Below are positions 7,906 through 15,330 of a stretch of 40,000 nucleotides of DNA, one piece after another. Position 1 is the first letter of the stretch. The number at the start of each line of letters is the position of its first letter. The notes beneath the pieces were generated by a model. It made no database searches, was not told the DNA's origin, and was given only the letters and a program-made list of their open reading frames with translations. This DNA is from Methyloligella sp. GL2. Lineage in GTDB: Bacteria > Pseudomonadota > Alphaproteobacteria > Rhizobiales > Methyloligellaceae. Location of the stretch: positions 2,118,988-2,158,987 of the forward strand of contig NZ_CP054476.1 of NCBI RefSeq assembly GCF_013341275.1. Direction: 5' to 3'. Position numbers and translations under genes: made by a program.

Positions 7906-8823
7906 ATGCGTGCACTGGTTCTGGTCAATCCCAACGCCTCCCGGGCCGAGGCGGCGATGCCCTGGTTGGCCTATTGGGCGGCGCACGATCCCCGGGTCTC
8001 GCTGATGGAAGTGTCCTCGGCCAAGGCCATGGCGGATGCCATCGAGGTCCATGCCGACAACGCCGACCGCATCGTCCTCGGCGGCGGTGACGGCACGCTT
8101 TCCAGCATGCTCCCCTCGCTGCTGCCGCTCGGCAAGCCGCTGGCCGTGCTGCCGCTCGGCACGGCGAACGATTTCGCGCGCACCTTGAGCATTCCAGAGA
8201 ACCTGCAGCACGCCGCGGCGCTGACCCTTGGCGGGCGCGAGCACCGGATCGATGTCGGCATGGTCAACGGGCATCCGTTCTTGAACGTTGCCAGCGTCGG
8301 GGTCGCCTCGACGGTCAGCGAGATGCAGAACGAGGACCTGAAGAAGCAGTGGTCGGTGCTGAGCTACGGAATCAGCTTCCGCGAGGCGATCCGCCGGGCG
8401 ACGCCCTTTCACGTGCATCTGAAGTTCGACGGCGACGTCACCTGGCGCGGCATGGTCTATCAGGTCAGCGTCGGCAATGGCCGTTTCCATGGCGGCGGAC
8501 TTGTGGTCGGGGAGAATGCGGCGATCGACGACGGCAAGCTCAATGTCTATGCGGTGCGCCCGGGCACGGCGCTGCAGCTCGTCGCCTGTCTGGCCACACT
8601 GCGGCTGGGTCTTGCCGGCGAGTTGCGCACCTTGAAGCGCGGCTTTGCGCAAGACGTGGTGATCGCCACCGCCCATCCCCGGCCGATCAATGTCGACGGC
8701 GACATCCGCACCGAGACACCGGCGCATTTCTCGATCCACCCGCGCGCGCTGAGCGTGGTGATCCCGGAGCGCCTTCCCCTGCTCCAGCGCGGTCTGGTCA
8801 ATCTGCAGGAGACCGGCACTTAG
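7906..8823 (+). CDS. diacylglycerol/lipid kinase family protein (YegS/BmrU type, 305 aa)
   Basis: DAGK catalytic-domain motifs: VLGGGDGTLS, LPLGTANDFARTL and a C-terminal VDGD. Confidence 0.85.
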   Translation: MRALVLVNPNASRAEAAMPWLAYWAAHDPRVSLMEVSSAKAMADAIEVHADNADRIVLGGGDGTLSSMLPSLLPLGKPLAVLPLGTANDFARTLSIPENLQHAAALTLGGREHRIDVGMVNGHPFLNVASVGVASTVSEMQNEDLKKQWSVLSYGISFREAIRRATPFHVHLKFDGDVTWRGMVYQVSVGNGRFHGGGLVVGENAAIDDGKLNVYAVRPGTALQLVACLATLRLGLAGELRTLKRGFAQDVVIATAHPRPINVDGDIRTETPAHFSIHPRALSVVIPERLPLLQRGLVNLQETGT

Positions 8824-8831
8824 ACAGCAAA

Positions 8832-8859
8832 CGGCCGGCATCCTTGCGAATGCCGGCCG
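8832..8859. terminator. 10-bp GC hairpin between convergent genes (possible bidirectional terminator, no U-tract)
   Basis: CGGCCGGCAT-ccttgcga-ATGCCGGCCG sits between the lipid kinase stop (8823) and the glycine-rich gene stop (8896). Confidence 0.4.
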
Positions 8860-8895
8860 AGGCAAGAGATCGAATGCTGTCGCTTGGTCCGGCTC

Positions 8896-9195
8896 TTATT
8901 TGGCCATCATATTTTTCACCATGCCCGCCAGGACAGTCAGAATGGCGCCACCGGCACCGCCGCCGACCACCTGGCCGATGATGGAGCCGATATCGAGATC
9001 GCCGCCTGCGGCCGCGGTGGCCAAGGCCGGTACCAGCACCTGAAGAAGCTGCCCGCCACCGACACCGCCGATCGCGCCGGCAATGGTATTGCCGACACCG
9101 CCCAGCGAATAATTGCTCGCCGCACGGCCTGCTGCCTGGCCGCCGATAACTCCGGCGACCAGCTGAATGATCAAATTGATAACTGCACTCGACAT
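8896..9195 (-). CDS. glycine-zipper small membrane protein (99 aa)
   Basis: Gly/Ala/Ile-rich repeats (GVIGGQAAG, GAIGGVGGG, VVGGGAGGAIL). GGGAGGGAAACC RBS region upstream of the ATG. Confidence 0.6.
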   Translation of the reverse strand: MSSAVINLIIQLVAGVIGGQAAGRAASNYSLGGVGNTIAGAIGGVGGGQLLQVLVPALATAAAGGDLDIGSIIGQVVGGGAGGAILTVLAGMVKNMMAK

Positions 9196-9230
9196 GGTTT
9201 CCCTCCCGTTTTTCCGACGCCTGAAGCGGG

Positions 9231-9599
9231 TTACTTCAGGCTGTCGGGAACCTTGCCGCCGCTTTCCGCCAACTTCTCCATGACCTCTTTATGCAGCCAG
9301 ATATTCATCTCCGCTGAGCCGTTGAGCTCGCCGGTATAGCCGAGTTCCTCGGCCAGCTCCTTGCGGGCGCTGAGGCTGCTGTCGAGATCGAGCAGCTTCA
9401 TCAGATCGACGATGGATTGCTTCCAGTTGTACTGCCCCGGGCGCTCGTCGGCGATCTTGGCGATCTTGACCTCGACCGCTTCGATGGTGATCGGCTCGCC
9501 GGCGCTCGGGCCGAGCGGCTCCGCAGTGGCTGCGCTCTCTTCTGCCTTGGCCTCGTCCGAGCCGAAGATCGACGATACGATTTTTCCGAATATGCTCAT
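9231..9599 (-). CDS. DUF3597-family protein (122 aa)
   Basis: Characteristic N-terminus MSIFGKIVSSIFG and a conserved C-terminal helical domain (SIVDLMKLLDLDSSLSARKELAEELGY). AAGGAGACAAAA RBS before the ATG at 9599. The track ORF extension to 10244 is Arg-rich antisense of the kinase gene. Confidence 0.8.
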   Translation of the reverse strand: MSIFGKIVSSIFGSDEAKAEESAATAEPLGPSAGEPITIEAVEVKIAKIADERPGQYNWKQSIVDLMKLLDLDSSLSARKELAEELGYTGELNGSAEMNIWLHKEVMEKLAESGGKVPDSLK

Positions 9600-9799
9600 T
9601 TTTGTCTCCTTACTGGCCGCAACAGAACGGCATACGGGTACCGGCCCGATTCGGGCCAGCATGGCTACCAAACATATGGAGTCTGCGTGTTGATGAAGGC
9701 TGCGCCGGCCGCTCTCCCCCCTTCCGACCCCGCTATTGCATTCGCGGAGCGGCCACACGCCATGATGGTATGGCACAGCCGGGGTGGCTGTCGAGAGAT

Positions 9800-11257
9800 C
9801 TAGGCTGGGGTGCCGGGCTCGCCGTCGCCGTTGGGAAGCACCTGATTGGGCGGAATGTCGATCTCGCAGCGGACGCCTTTGGGATCGAACGCCAGGTCCA
9901 CATGGCCGTCCAGCGCCTTGCCGACGACGTTCTCGATCATCATGCGGCCGAAGCCCATACAGTCGGGCCGCGGCACGCGCGGGCCGCCGCTCTCCTTCCA
10001 GGTGATCTTCACGCCCTCGCCGTCGGCGACCTTCCAGCGCAGATGTACCTGGCCGTCTTCGGTAGAGAGCGCCCCCCATTTCTGGGCGTTGCTGAACAGC
10101 TCGTGCAAAGCGAGGCCGACATTCTGCACGGCGTCGGGCTTCAGCATCACGTCGGCGCCTTCGATATCGATCCGGTCCAGGGCGCCATCGCCGCGGGCGG
10201 AAAGCTCCGCCTCGACCAGGGATTTTAGCGGCGCGCCTTTCCAATCGTCGGCGACCAGAAGATCGTGGGCCGCGCCGATGGCGATCAGCCGGGCGTTGAA
10301 ATTGTCGATGAAGTCGGTCACCGAGCTGGTGCGGCTTGCCGTCTGGCGGGCAATGGCGTTGATCACCGCCAGCAGGTTCTTGGAGCGGTGGGTCAGCTCG
10401 CGCAGCAAGAGGCGGAGCTGGACTTCCTGCGCCCGCCGGTGACTGACATCGACGGCAACGGAGATGGTGCCCGCCGGGTCCTTCAGCGGCTCGATGCGCA
10501 AATAGAGCGAGCGCTGCTCGCCCGCCAGCTCGAAGTCGATTTCCAGCTCTTGAGGCTTCAGGCTCTCGATGGCGGCGCGCTTGGCCACCATGATCTTGGC
10601 GGCGGCGGTGGGGGGAAACACCTCTTCGTCGGATTTCCCGAGCAAAGCCTCGGGCGCCAGGCCGAAGGGCGGGTTGTGCACCCAGGTGAAGCGCATATCG
10701 GCGTCCTGGGTGAAGACGGTGATCGGCGAATTGCGCAAGGCGATCTCGAAGCGCTTCTCGACTTCGCCGAGCTGCCTTTTATGGCTGGCAATGCGGCTCT
10801 TCAATTCGGACCGGGCATCGGCCAGCTCTTCCTTGGTCATCAGATGGGCGGCGATCTCGGTCTCCAGCCGGCCCTGCGATTGGCGCAGCCGCGGCAGGTG
10901 GCGCCACAGCAGCACCGCACAGCCAATCACGAGCAGCGCCGTAACTACCTTGAGCAGCCCCTCTACGCCGCTCATCGGCGTCCACAGGTCGAAGAACGAG
11001 GCAAAATGTTCCAGTCCCGCCGCCAGCATGGCCACGCAGCCAAGCACGAGCAGCGCGCGGATGCCGCGGTCGCCGCCTTCGCGCTGCGTGGATGTCGTGC
11101 TCACCAGGCGGGTGAGCAGCACCACGGAAATGAAAAGCAGGGAAGCGGCGAGCAGGAGATTGCCCGCGACGTGCAGATAGGTCAGCTCCAGCGACCAGCG
11201 CACCGCCCGGGCCGCCGCACCTTGCGAGCCGAACAAAGACGAAATCCAAGGCTCCAT
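9800..11257 (-). CDS. membrane-bound PAS sensor histidine kinase, HWE/HisKA_2 family (candidate GSR kinase, 485 aa)
   Basis: N-terminal TM helices and a central PAS-like region. H-box LTHRSKNLLAVINAIARQT and HELFSNAQKWGALS are typical of HWE/HisKA2 kinases. Located next to the phyR-nepR-ecfG locus. Confidence 0.85.
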   Translation of the reverse strand: MEPWISSLFGSQGAAARAVRWSLELTYLHVAGNLLLAASLLFISVVLLTRLVSTTSTQREGGDRGIRALLVLGCVAMLAAGLEHFASFFDLWTPMSGVEGLLKVVTALLVIGCAVLLWRHLPRLRQSQGRLETEIAAHLMTKEELADARSELKSRIASHKRQLGEVEKRFEIALRNSPITVFTQDADMRFTWVHNPPFGLAPEALLGKSDEEVFPPTAAAKIMVAKRAAIESLKPQELEIDFELAGEQRSLYLRIEPLKDPAGTISVAVDVSHRRAQEVQLRLLLRELTHRSKNLLAVINAIARQTASRTSSVTDFIDNFNARLIAIGAAHDLLVADDWKGAPLKSLVEAELSARGDGALDRIDIEGADVMLKPDAVQNVGLALHELFSNAQKWGALSTEDGQVHLRWKVADGEGVKITWKESGGPRVPRPDCMGFGRMMIENVVGKALDGHVDLAFDPKGVRCEIDIPPNQVLPNGDGEPGTPA

Positions 11258-11602
11258 CGCCTAATATCCACCCGGATTAAACAGACTCGGCTTGGCCAAG
11301 ACACGTACCGCGACACGCACGGCGACACCCCTAGCGACCCTCATGTGACGCGACCCAGCAATGGCGGACGCGCTGCATCCCCTGATTCAATCGCCAGCCA
11401 GTCCCGGTATCACGGTCCCGGTATCGCCGTCTTGGACCCATAGCTTTGGCCTCGCAACGCAGAGACTGTTCGCTTAACCCCCCGAAGAGAATTTCGTTCT
11501 CGCGGTGCTGTCGTTTTGCCACGGTTTTTTGACAGCGGGGCCTGAATCACAGCCCGCCCGGCCGCCTAAGATGCGATGGTGCATTTTTTTGTTAATCAAA
11601 CG

Positions 11603-11627
11603 GGAACCGGTTGCGGGGTGCCGCGTT
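11603..11627 (+). promoter_or_regulatory. EcfG-type (general stress) promoter box GGAAC-N16-CGTT
   Basis: GGAAC at 11603-11607, 16-nt spacer, CGTT at 11624-11627, preceded by a T/A-rich tract (catttttttgttaatcaaa). Confidence 0.6.
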
Positions 11628-11633
11628 ATCTCG

Positions 11634-11730
11634 CCGTTCGAACGCTCGCGCCCCCTATCCCCCCCGCCCCTCCGCGGCGCTCGAATGCAACGTCCGTATC
11701 CGACTCTTCGGGTGCGGACGTTTTGCTTTT
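11634..11730 (+). ncRNA. candidate EcfG-dependent small RNA (about 95 nt, C-rich, GsrN-like), or alternatively a terminated leader of csbD
   Basis: Bounded by the EcfG box (11603-11627) and a strong intrinsic terminator (11691-11730). No RBS or credible ORF in between. C-rich tract ccccctatcccccccgcccctcc (11651-11673, 18 of 23 nt are C). The 5' end is predicted only (about 7-9 nt after the -10). Confidence 0.4.
11691..11730 (+). terminator. rho-independent terminator
   Basis: 13-bp stem CGTCCGTATCCGA / TCGGGTGCGGACG (two G-U pairs), loop CTCT, followed by TTTTGCTTTT. Confidence 0.65.
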
Positions 11731-11783
11731 GGCGCCCGTGGCTTCGCCGATTTCCGCGAACGGATATGTGAACCCCGCGTCCC

Positions 11784-11809
11784 GCAACTTTCGCCGCGGC
11801 CTCTGCGTT
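11784..11809 (+). promoter_or_regulatory. variant EcfG-like box GCAAC-N17-CGTT upstream of csbD
   Basis: GCAAC at 11784-11788, 17-nt spacer, CGTT at 11806-11809, 78 nt before the csbD ATG. One mismatch in the -35. Confidence 0.3.
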
Positions 11810-11886
11810 TTCCATCCAGTCCCGCCGGCAACTCCGGCGGACTGCATCCAGAACTCCATTGGACGAAGGCAAAGGAGGTTTTCAAA

Positions 11887-12084
11887 ATGAATTGGGATCG
11901 TGTCGAAGGAAATTGGAAGCAGCTGCAGGGCAAGGCCCAGCAGGAATGGGGCAAGCTGAGCCATGACGATCTCGAGCGGGTGAAAGGCCGCCGCACCGAG
12001 CTCGTCGGCAAGATCCAGGAGCGCTACGGCATCGCCAAGGACGCGGCGGAGGCCGAGGTCAATCGCTGGGCCGACAGGCTCTAG
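11887..12084 (+). CDS. csbD: CsbD-family stress response protein (65 aa)
   Basis: MNWDRVEGNWKQLQGKAQQEWGKLSHDDL...GKIQERYG is the canonical CsbD pattern. Strong RBS AAAGGAGG 7 nt upstream. The track ORF start at 11611 is a spurious in-frame extension. Confidence 0.9.
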   Translation: MNWDRVEGNWKQLQGKAQQEWGKLSHDDLERVKGRRTELVGKIQERYGIAKDAAEAEVNRWADRL

Positions 12085-12103
12085 CGTCACAGCCGGATTT
12101 TCC

Positions 12104-12133
12104 GGGCCCGCCCCTTGCTATGGGGACGGGCCC
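12104..12133 (+). terminator. GC-rich hairpin after csbD (terminator-like, weak U-tract)
   Basis: GGGCCCGCCCC-ttgctat-GGGGaCGGGCCC: 11 bp with one bulge, followed by gttgggggg. Confidence 0.35.
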
Positions 12134-12252
12134 GTTGGGGGGCTCGAACAAACGTCGCAATGCGGCGCGCGCTATTTGCTTGCAACGGCCAGCTTCGACA
12201 GCCCTGATGCGTTCGAGGTTTTAGGCGCGAGAACACATCTTGGGAGGCGACA

Positions 12253-12408
12253 ATGCTGGGCACAGTTCTCATCATCATTTTGATCCTGATCCTTGTCGGC
12301 GCATTTCCGGCTTGGCCCTATAGCCGGGCATGGGGATACGGCCCGACCAGCGTCGTCGCGCTGATCCTGGTGATCTTGATCATCCTGATGCTTCTGGGGC
12401 GGATCTGA
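12253..12408 (+). CDS. DUF3309-family small membrane protein (51 aa, below the ORF-track cutoff)
   Basis: My translation is MLGTVLIIILILILVGAFPAWPYSRAWGYGPTSVVALILVILIILMLLGRI. It carries the signature P.WPYSR.WGYGP between two hydrophobic helices and ends in LLGRI. GGGAGG RBS at 12242-12247. Confidence 0.8.
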   Translation: MLGTVLIIILILILVGAFPAWPYSRAWGYGPTSVVALILVILIILMLLGRI

Positions 12409-12430
12409 CGATCCGGCGATCGATGCCAAA

Positions 12431-12461
12431 AAGGGCGCCGCTTCGGGCGCCCTTTCGTTTT
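12431..12461. terminator. bidirectional rho-independent terminator
   Basis: aaaaaGGGCGCC-gcttcg-GGCGCCCtttcgtttt has an A-run on one side and a T-run on the other. It lies between the DUF3309 stop (12408) and the phyR stop (12488). Confidence 0.65.
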
Positions 12462-12487
12462 CGCAAACAGGTTGGCTGCGGCGCGCG

Positions 12488-13297
12488 TCAGGCGCGCATC
12501 GAGGATTGATCGCGCAAGCGCGCCTTGCGCTCGAAGAACAGCGCCTGGCTGACGATCGCCTTCACCGTATCGGGCTGATAGGGCTTGGTGATCAGGAACG
12601 CCGGCTCGGGCCGCTCGCCGGTGAGCAGCCGGTCGGGATAGGCGGTGATGAAGATCACCGGGACCTCGAAACCGCCGAGGATTTCGTTCACCGCATCGAG
12701 GCCGGAGCTGCCGTCGGCAAGCTGGATATCGGCCAGCACCAGGCCGGGCCGGTGTCTCTTCACCGCCTCGACCGCTTCGCCGTGGGTGCGGGCAACCTCG
12801 GTGACGGAATGGCCCAGGGTTTCGACGATGCCTTCCAGATCCATGGCGATCATCGGCTCGTCCTCGATGATCAGCACATCGGTGGCCACCTGCTGGGCGA
12901 TCTCCTGCCCCGCCTCCTCGACCAGCCGGTCGAGCTGATCCTCGCTAACGCCGAGGATCTGAGCGGCTTCGGCGGGCGTGAATCCCTCCACCGAGCAGAG
13001 CAAGAACGCCTGGCGCGGTAGCGGGGTGATGGATTCCAGCTTGCGATCGACGACATTGGCCAGGTCGGTCGAAACGTCCGACTGAAGATTGACGTCGAGG
13101 GAATTCCAGAGCCCGGCGAAGGTGCGGTAAAGCGCGATGCGGGGCTCCAGCTTGGTATTGAAAAGCGAAGGGTCTTCGACAAGAACCTCGAGGGTTGCGG
13201 CGACATAGGCATCGCCGGCTTGCTGGGACCCGGCAAGCGCCCGAGCAAAGCGGCGCAGAAACGGAAGATGGGGCGCGATGGCCTTGGATATGGACAT
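12488..13297 (-). CDS. phyR: PhyR anti-anti-sigma factor (sigma-like N-domain plus receiver domain, 269 aa)
   Basis: N-terminal ECF-sigma-like domain (LPFLRRFARALAGSQQAGDAYV ... FLLCSVEGFTPAEAAQILGVS). C-terminal REC domain (VLIIEDEPMIAMDL ... LVLADIQLADGSSG ... ITKP). Divergent from nepR-ecfG. Confidence 0.95.
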   Translation of the reverse strand: MSISKAIAPHLPFLRRFARALAGSQQAGDAYVAATLEVLVEDPSLFNTKLEPRIALYRTFAGLWNSLDVNLQSDVSTDLANVVDRKLESITPLPRQAFLLCSVEGFTPAEAAQILGVSEDQLDRLVEEAGQEIAQQVATDVLIIEDEPMIAMDLEGIVETLGHSVTEVARTHGEAVEAVKRHRPGLVLADIQLADGSSGLDAVNEILGGFEVPVIFITAYPDRLLTGERPEPAFLITKPYQPDTVKAIVSQALFFERKARLRDQSSMRA

Positions 13298-13397
13298 CTC
13301 AATCCTGAATTTTGGTTTGGCGTTCGCAGGTTAACCCGGTTCCCCCAATGGCATGGCCGGGTGAAGGGGTGCAACTCAATTCGACTACGGGTTAATC

Positions 13398-13423
13398 AAC
13401 ACATATCTTTCGACCGAAGTTCC
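13398..13423 (-). promoter_or_regulatory. candidate EcfG-like box for phyR (GGAAC-N17-TGTT)
   Basis: The minus strand reads GGAAC (13423-13419), a 17-nt spacer, then TGTT (13401-13398). This -35 is the inverted partner of the nepR -35 box (AGTTCC-gcaattcg-GGAACT). The -10 has one mismatch. A second weak option is GGAAC (13343-13339)-N16-CGCC. Confidence 0.3.
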
Positions 13424-13431
13424 GCAATTCG

Positions 13432-13456
13432 GGAACTGATAAAGATTTCAAACGTT
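13432..13456 (+). promoter_or_regulatory. EcfG-type promoter box GGAAC-N16-CGTT upstream of nepR-ecfG (autoregulation)
   Basis: GGAAC at 13432-13436, 16-nt AT-rich spacer (tgataaagatttcaaa), CGTT at 13453-13456, 65 nt before the nepR start. Confidence 0.65.
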
Positions 13457-13520
13457 TTTTCGGCAGTGTTCAGCGTGTCCGCTGTCGGGGAGCGGCAATT
13501 GGGGCGGATAGGGATTCAGT

Positions 13521-13769
13521 GTGAACGAGAAGGAAAAGTCAGAACGCCGGGACGAAAAGCCGGCGGGGAACGAGATGGATATCACCAGCGCAGAGACCGA
13601 GAGCGCAAGTCATACGGAAGAGTTGGAGCGCCAGGGAATGTCCCGGGATCTTCAGGGCCATATCGGACGGCAGCTTCGGGCGTCGTTCGACGAGGTCGCC
13701 CGCGAGCCAATTCCAGATCGCTTTCTTCAGCTCCTGCAAGAGCTTGAGAAGAACGGGCAAAATAAGTGA
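13521..13769 (+). CDS. nepR: NepR anti-sigma factor (82 aa; start uncertain, alternative ATG at 13575)
   Basis: Conserved NepR core IGRQLRASFDEVAREPIPDRFLQLLQELE. Stop overlaps the ecfG GTG start (GTGA, 13766-13769). Confidence 0.85.
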   Translation: MNEKEKSERRDEKPAGNEMDITSAETESASHTEELERQGMSRDLQGHIGRQLRASFDEVAREPIPDRFLQLLQELEKNGQNK

Positions 13770-14323
13770 AGCAACAGGTATCTGCCAGCCTTCGAGACGC
13801 CCTGGTGGGCGAGATGAGTTCCTTGCGCGCCTTCGCCGTGTCGCTTTGCGGCGACAAGGAGCGCGCCGACGATCTCGTGCAGGAGACGCTGTACAAGGCG
13901 TGGAACCATCTGGACTCGTTCCGCGAGGGCACCAATCTCAAGGCTTGGCTGTTCACAATTCTGCGCAACACCTATTTCTCCGAGCGGCGCAAGCGCCGGC
14001 GCGAAGTCGAGGACGCCGACGGCAGCTATGCGGCCAAGCTCTCCACCCGTCCCGAGCAGGACGGCCATATGGATCTACAGGATTTCCGCGAAGCTCTGGC
14101 GCAGCTGCCGGACGATCAGCGCGAGGCGCTGATCCTGGTCGGCGCGGCCGGCTTTTCCTACGAGGAGGCGGCCGATATTTCGGACTGCGCCGTGGGCACC
14201 ATCAAGAGCCGGGTGAATCGCGCCCGCAACCGTCTTGGCGATCTGCTCGACACCAAGGATGCGTCGGGAGACGACTCGACCTTGCGGGCCGCCATCGCCT
14301 CGGCCGGCCCATCCGGACGCTGA
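13766..14323 (+). CDS. ecfG: ECF sigma factor EcfG (ECF15-type general stress sigma, 185 aa)
   Basis: Region 2 is ADDLVQETLYKAWNHLDSFREGTNLKAWLFTILRNTYFSERRK. Region 4 is LPDDQREALILVGAAGFSYEEAADISDCAVGTIKSRVNRARNRL. Translationally coupled to nepR. Confidence 0.9.
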   Translation: MKQQVSASLRDALVGEMSSLRAFAVSLCGDKERADDLVQETLYKAWNHLDSFREGTNLKAWLFTILRNTYFSERRKRRREVEDADGSYAAKLSTRPEQDGHMDLQDFREALAQLPDDQREALILVGAAGFSYEEAADISDCAVGTIKSRVNRARNRLGDLLDTKDASGDDSTLRAAIASAGPSGR

Positions 14324-14373
14324 GCGCCGCAACGTTGCGAGACGCCCGCTTGCTTTAGGCTTGCGCTGTTCCC

Positions 14374-14541
14374 CTACCCGCGCCGCAACACATTGGCGAG
14401 AATGGAAAGCGCGAACAGCACCAGCGCCACGACGAAAATGATCTTGGCGATCCCGACTGCCGTTCCGGCGATGCCGCCAAACCCAAGCACCGCGGCAATC
14501 AGGGCGATGACCAGAAATGTGAGAGCCCATCCCAACATCAT
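14374..14541 (-). CDS. UPF0391/DUF1328-family small membrane protein (55 aa, not in the ORF track)
   Basis: My translation is [55 protein letters not shown], matching the family signature [36 protein letters not shown] at 14551-14547. Track ORF 14075-14545 is a different, implausible frame. Confidence 0.8.
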   Translation of the reverse strand: MMLGWALTFLVIALIAAVLGFGGIAGTAVGIAKIIFVVALVLFALSILANVLRRG

Positions 14542-14579
14542 TCAATCTCCCTTATCGTTGCTTCGGTATACCCATGAGA

Positions 14580-14604
14580 AACGCTGGGATCGGCGCAAGG
14601 TTGC
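14580..14604 (-). promoter_or_regulatory. variant EcfG-like box GCAAC-N16-CGTT upstream of the UPF0391 gene
   Basis: The minus strand reads GCAAC (14604-14600), a 16-nt spacer, then CGTT (14583-14580), 39 nt before the ATG at 14541. One mismatch in the -35. Confidence 0.3.
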
Positions 14605-14662
14605 GCTAATCTGTCCCGCATCTGTCTCGAACGCCCGAACGGCGGCAACAAGGAGTCCAACG

Positions 14663-14908
14663 ATGACGTCGGTGACGAAGGAAGAACTAGAGCAGGCAAA
14701 GCTCGATCCGGCTTCGGTGTTTCATAAGCCGGCCGATGTTCTGGCCGCCGACATTGCTAAGGACGACAAGCTGGCCATTCTCAAACGCTGGGAGCTCGAT
14801 GCCGATGCGCTGCTGCGCGGCGGCGACGAGGGCATGATGGAAGATCCCAGCAGCGCCGAGCTGGTCCGTGCCGTGCAAGCGGCGATGGAAGAGCTGGACG
14901 CCCTATAA
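14663..14908 (+). CDS. small acidic hypothetical protein (81 aa)
   Basis: ATG at 14663 with AAGGAG RBS 6 nt upstream. Product begins MTSVTKEELEQAKLDPASVFHKPADVLA. The upstream part of track ORF 14393-14908 is antisense to the UPF0391 gene. Confidence 0.55.
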   Translation: MTSVTKEELEQAKLDPASVFHKPADVLAADIAKDDKLAILKRWELDADALLRGGDEGMMEDPSSAELVRAVQAAMEELDAL

Positions 14909-14968
14909 AGCTCCCGCCTTCACCTCCCCGATCATCGCGACATCAGCCAGCCGGGTCCGGCCTGTTTC

Positions 14969-14994
14969 GGAACATCGCCGCCCGGCTCTGCGTT
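14969..14994 (+). promoter_or_regulatory. EcfG-type promoter box GGAAC-N17-CGTT
   Basis: GGAAC at 14969-14973, 17-nt spacer, CGTT at 14991-14994, about 140 nt upstream of the small membrane protein gene at 15133. Confidence 0.5.
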
Positions 14995-15132
14995 TGTCCC
15001 TCAGGCTCCGGCCAGAGGCACGCTGGCGAGTCTCCGTCGGCATATGCCCAAAGCTGAGCGTTTCAATTTCCGGCCGCGAGCCTTGTGATCGAGACTTGCG
15101 ATATAGAACCGCAGTTTTCCAGAGGTGATCTT

Positions 15133-15288
15133 ATGGCCGAACAGAGTACATCCACCGAGTTGAACCCCAAGGAGGCCCGCCAGGGCACCCGGCCCAATGC
15201 TATGGTCTGGGTTCTCGGTATTTCGACCGTGGCCGCCGCCGTGCTGCTCTATCTGATCCTCGCGGTCGGCTGGACGGGCGCGCCCTAA
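15133..15288 (+). CDS. small membrane protein (51 aa)
   Basis: ATG at 15133 preceded by AGAGGTGA. Polar N-terminus followed by one TM helix (MVWVLGISTVAAAVLLYLILAVGW). Start chosen inside track ORF 15085-15288. Confidence 0.5.
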   Translation: MAEQSTSTELNPKEARQGTRPNAMVWVLGISTVAAAVLLYLILAVGWTGAP

Positions 15289-15330
15289 GCGGTGCATCTT
15301 GAAACGGGCACTGATCGAGGGAGGCGGATT

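Noticed and set aside
7903-8865. 320-aa minus-strand ORF opposite the lipid kinase gene
   Set aside because: Shadow ORF with no motifs. The plus strand carries the GGDGT and LGTANDF kinase motifs.
9219-9239. 7-bp inverted repeat CCTGAAG-cgggtta-CTTCAGG overlapping the DUF3597 stop codon
   Set aside because: On the transcribed (minus) strand it is followed by an A-rich rather than U-rich tract, and the next gene starts 36 nt later. It is more likely an incidental or inter-cistronic structure than a terminator.
9600-10244. N-terminal extension of the DUF3597 ORF (track 9231-10244)
   Set aside because: The extension is extremely Arg-rich and runs into the 3' end of the same-strand histidine kinase gene in a different reading frame. 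A strong RBS and the family-typical MSIFGKI start occur at 9599.
10265-11443. 392-aa plus-strand ORF opposite the HWE kinase
   Set aside because: Shadow ORF. The kinase frame has H-box and ATPase motifs and this frame has none.
11611-11886. In-frame upstream extension of csbD (track ORF 11611-12084)
   Set aside because: The extension translates to Arg/Pro-rich nonsense and spans a strong terminator. csbD has its own AAAGGAGG RBS and family-typical MNWD start at 11887.
14075-14545. 156-aa minus-strand ORF overlapping the end of ecfG
   Set aside because: Implausible Arg/Gly-rich product antisense to ecfG. A different frame starting at 14541 gives a textbook UPF0391/DUF1328 55-aa membrane protein with an RBS.
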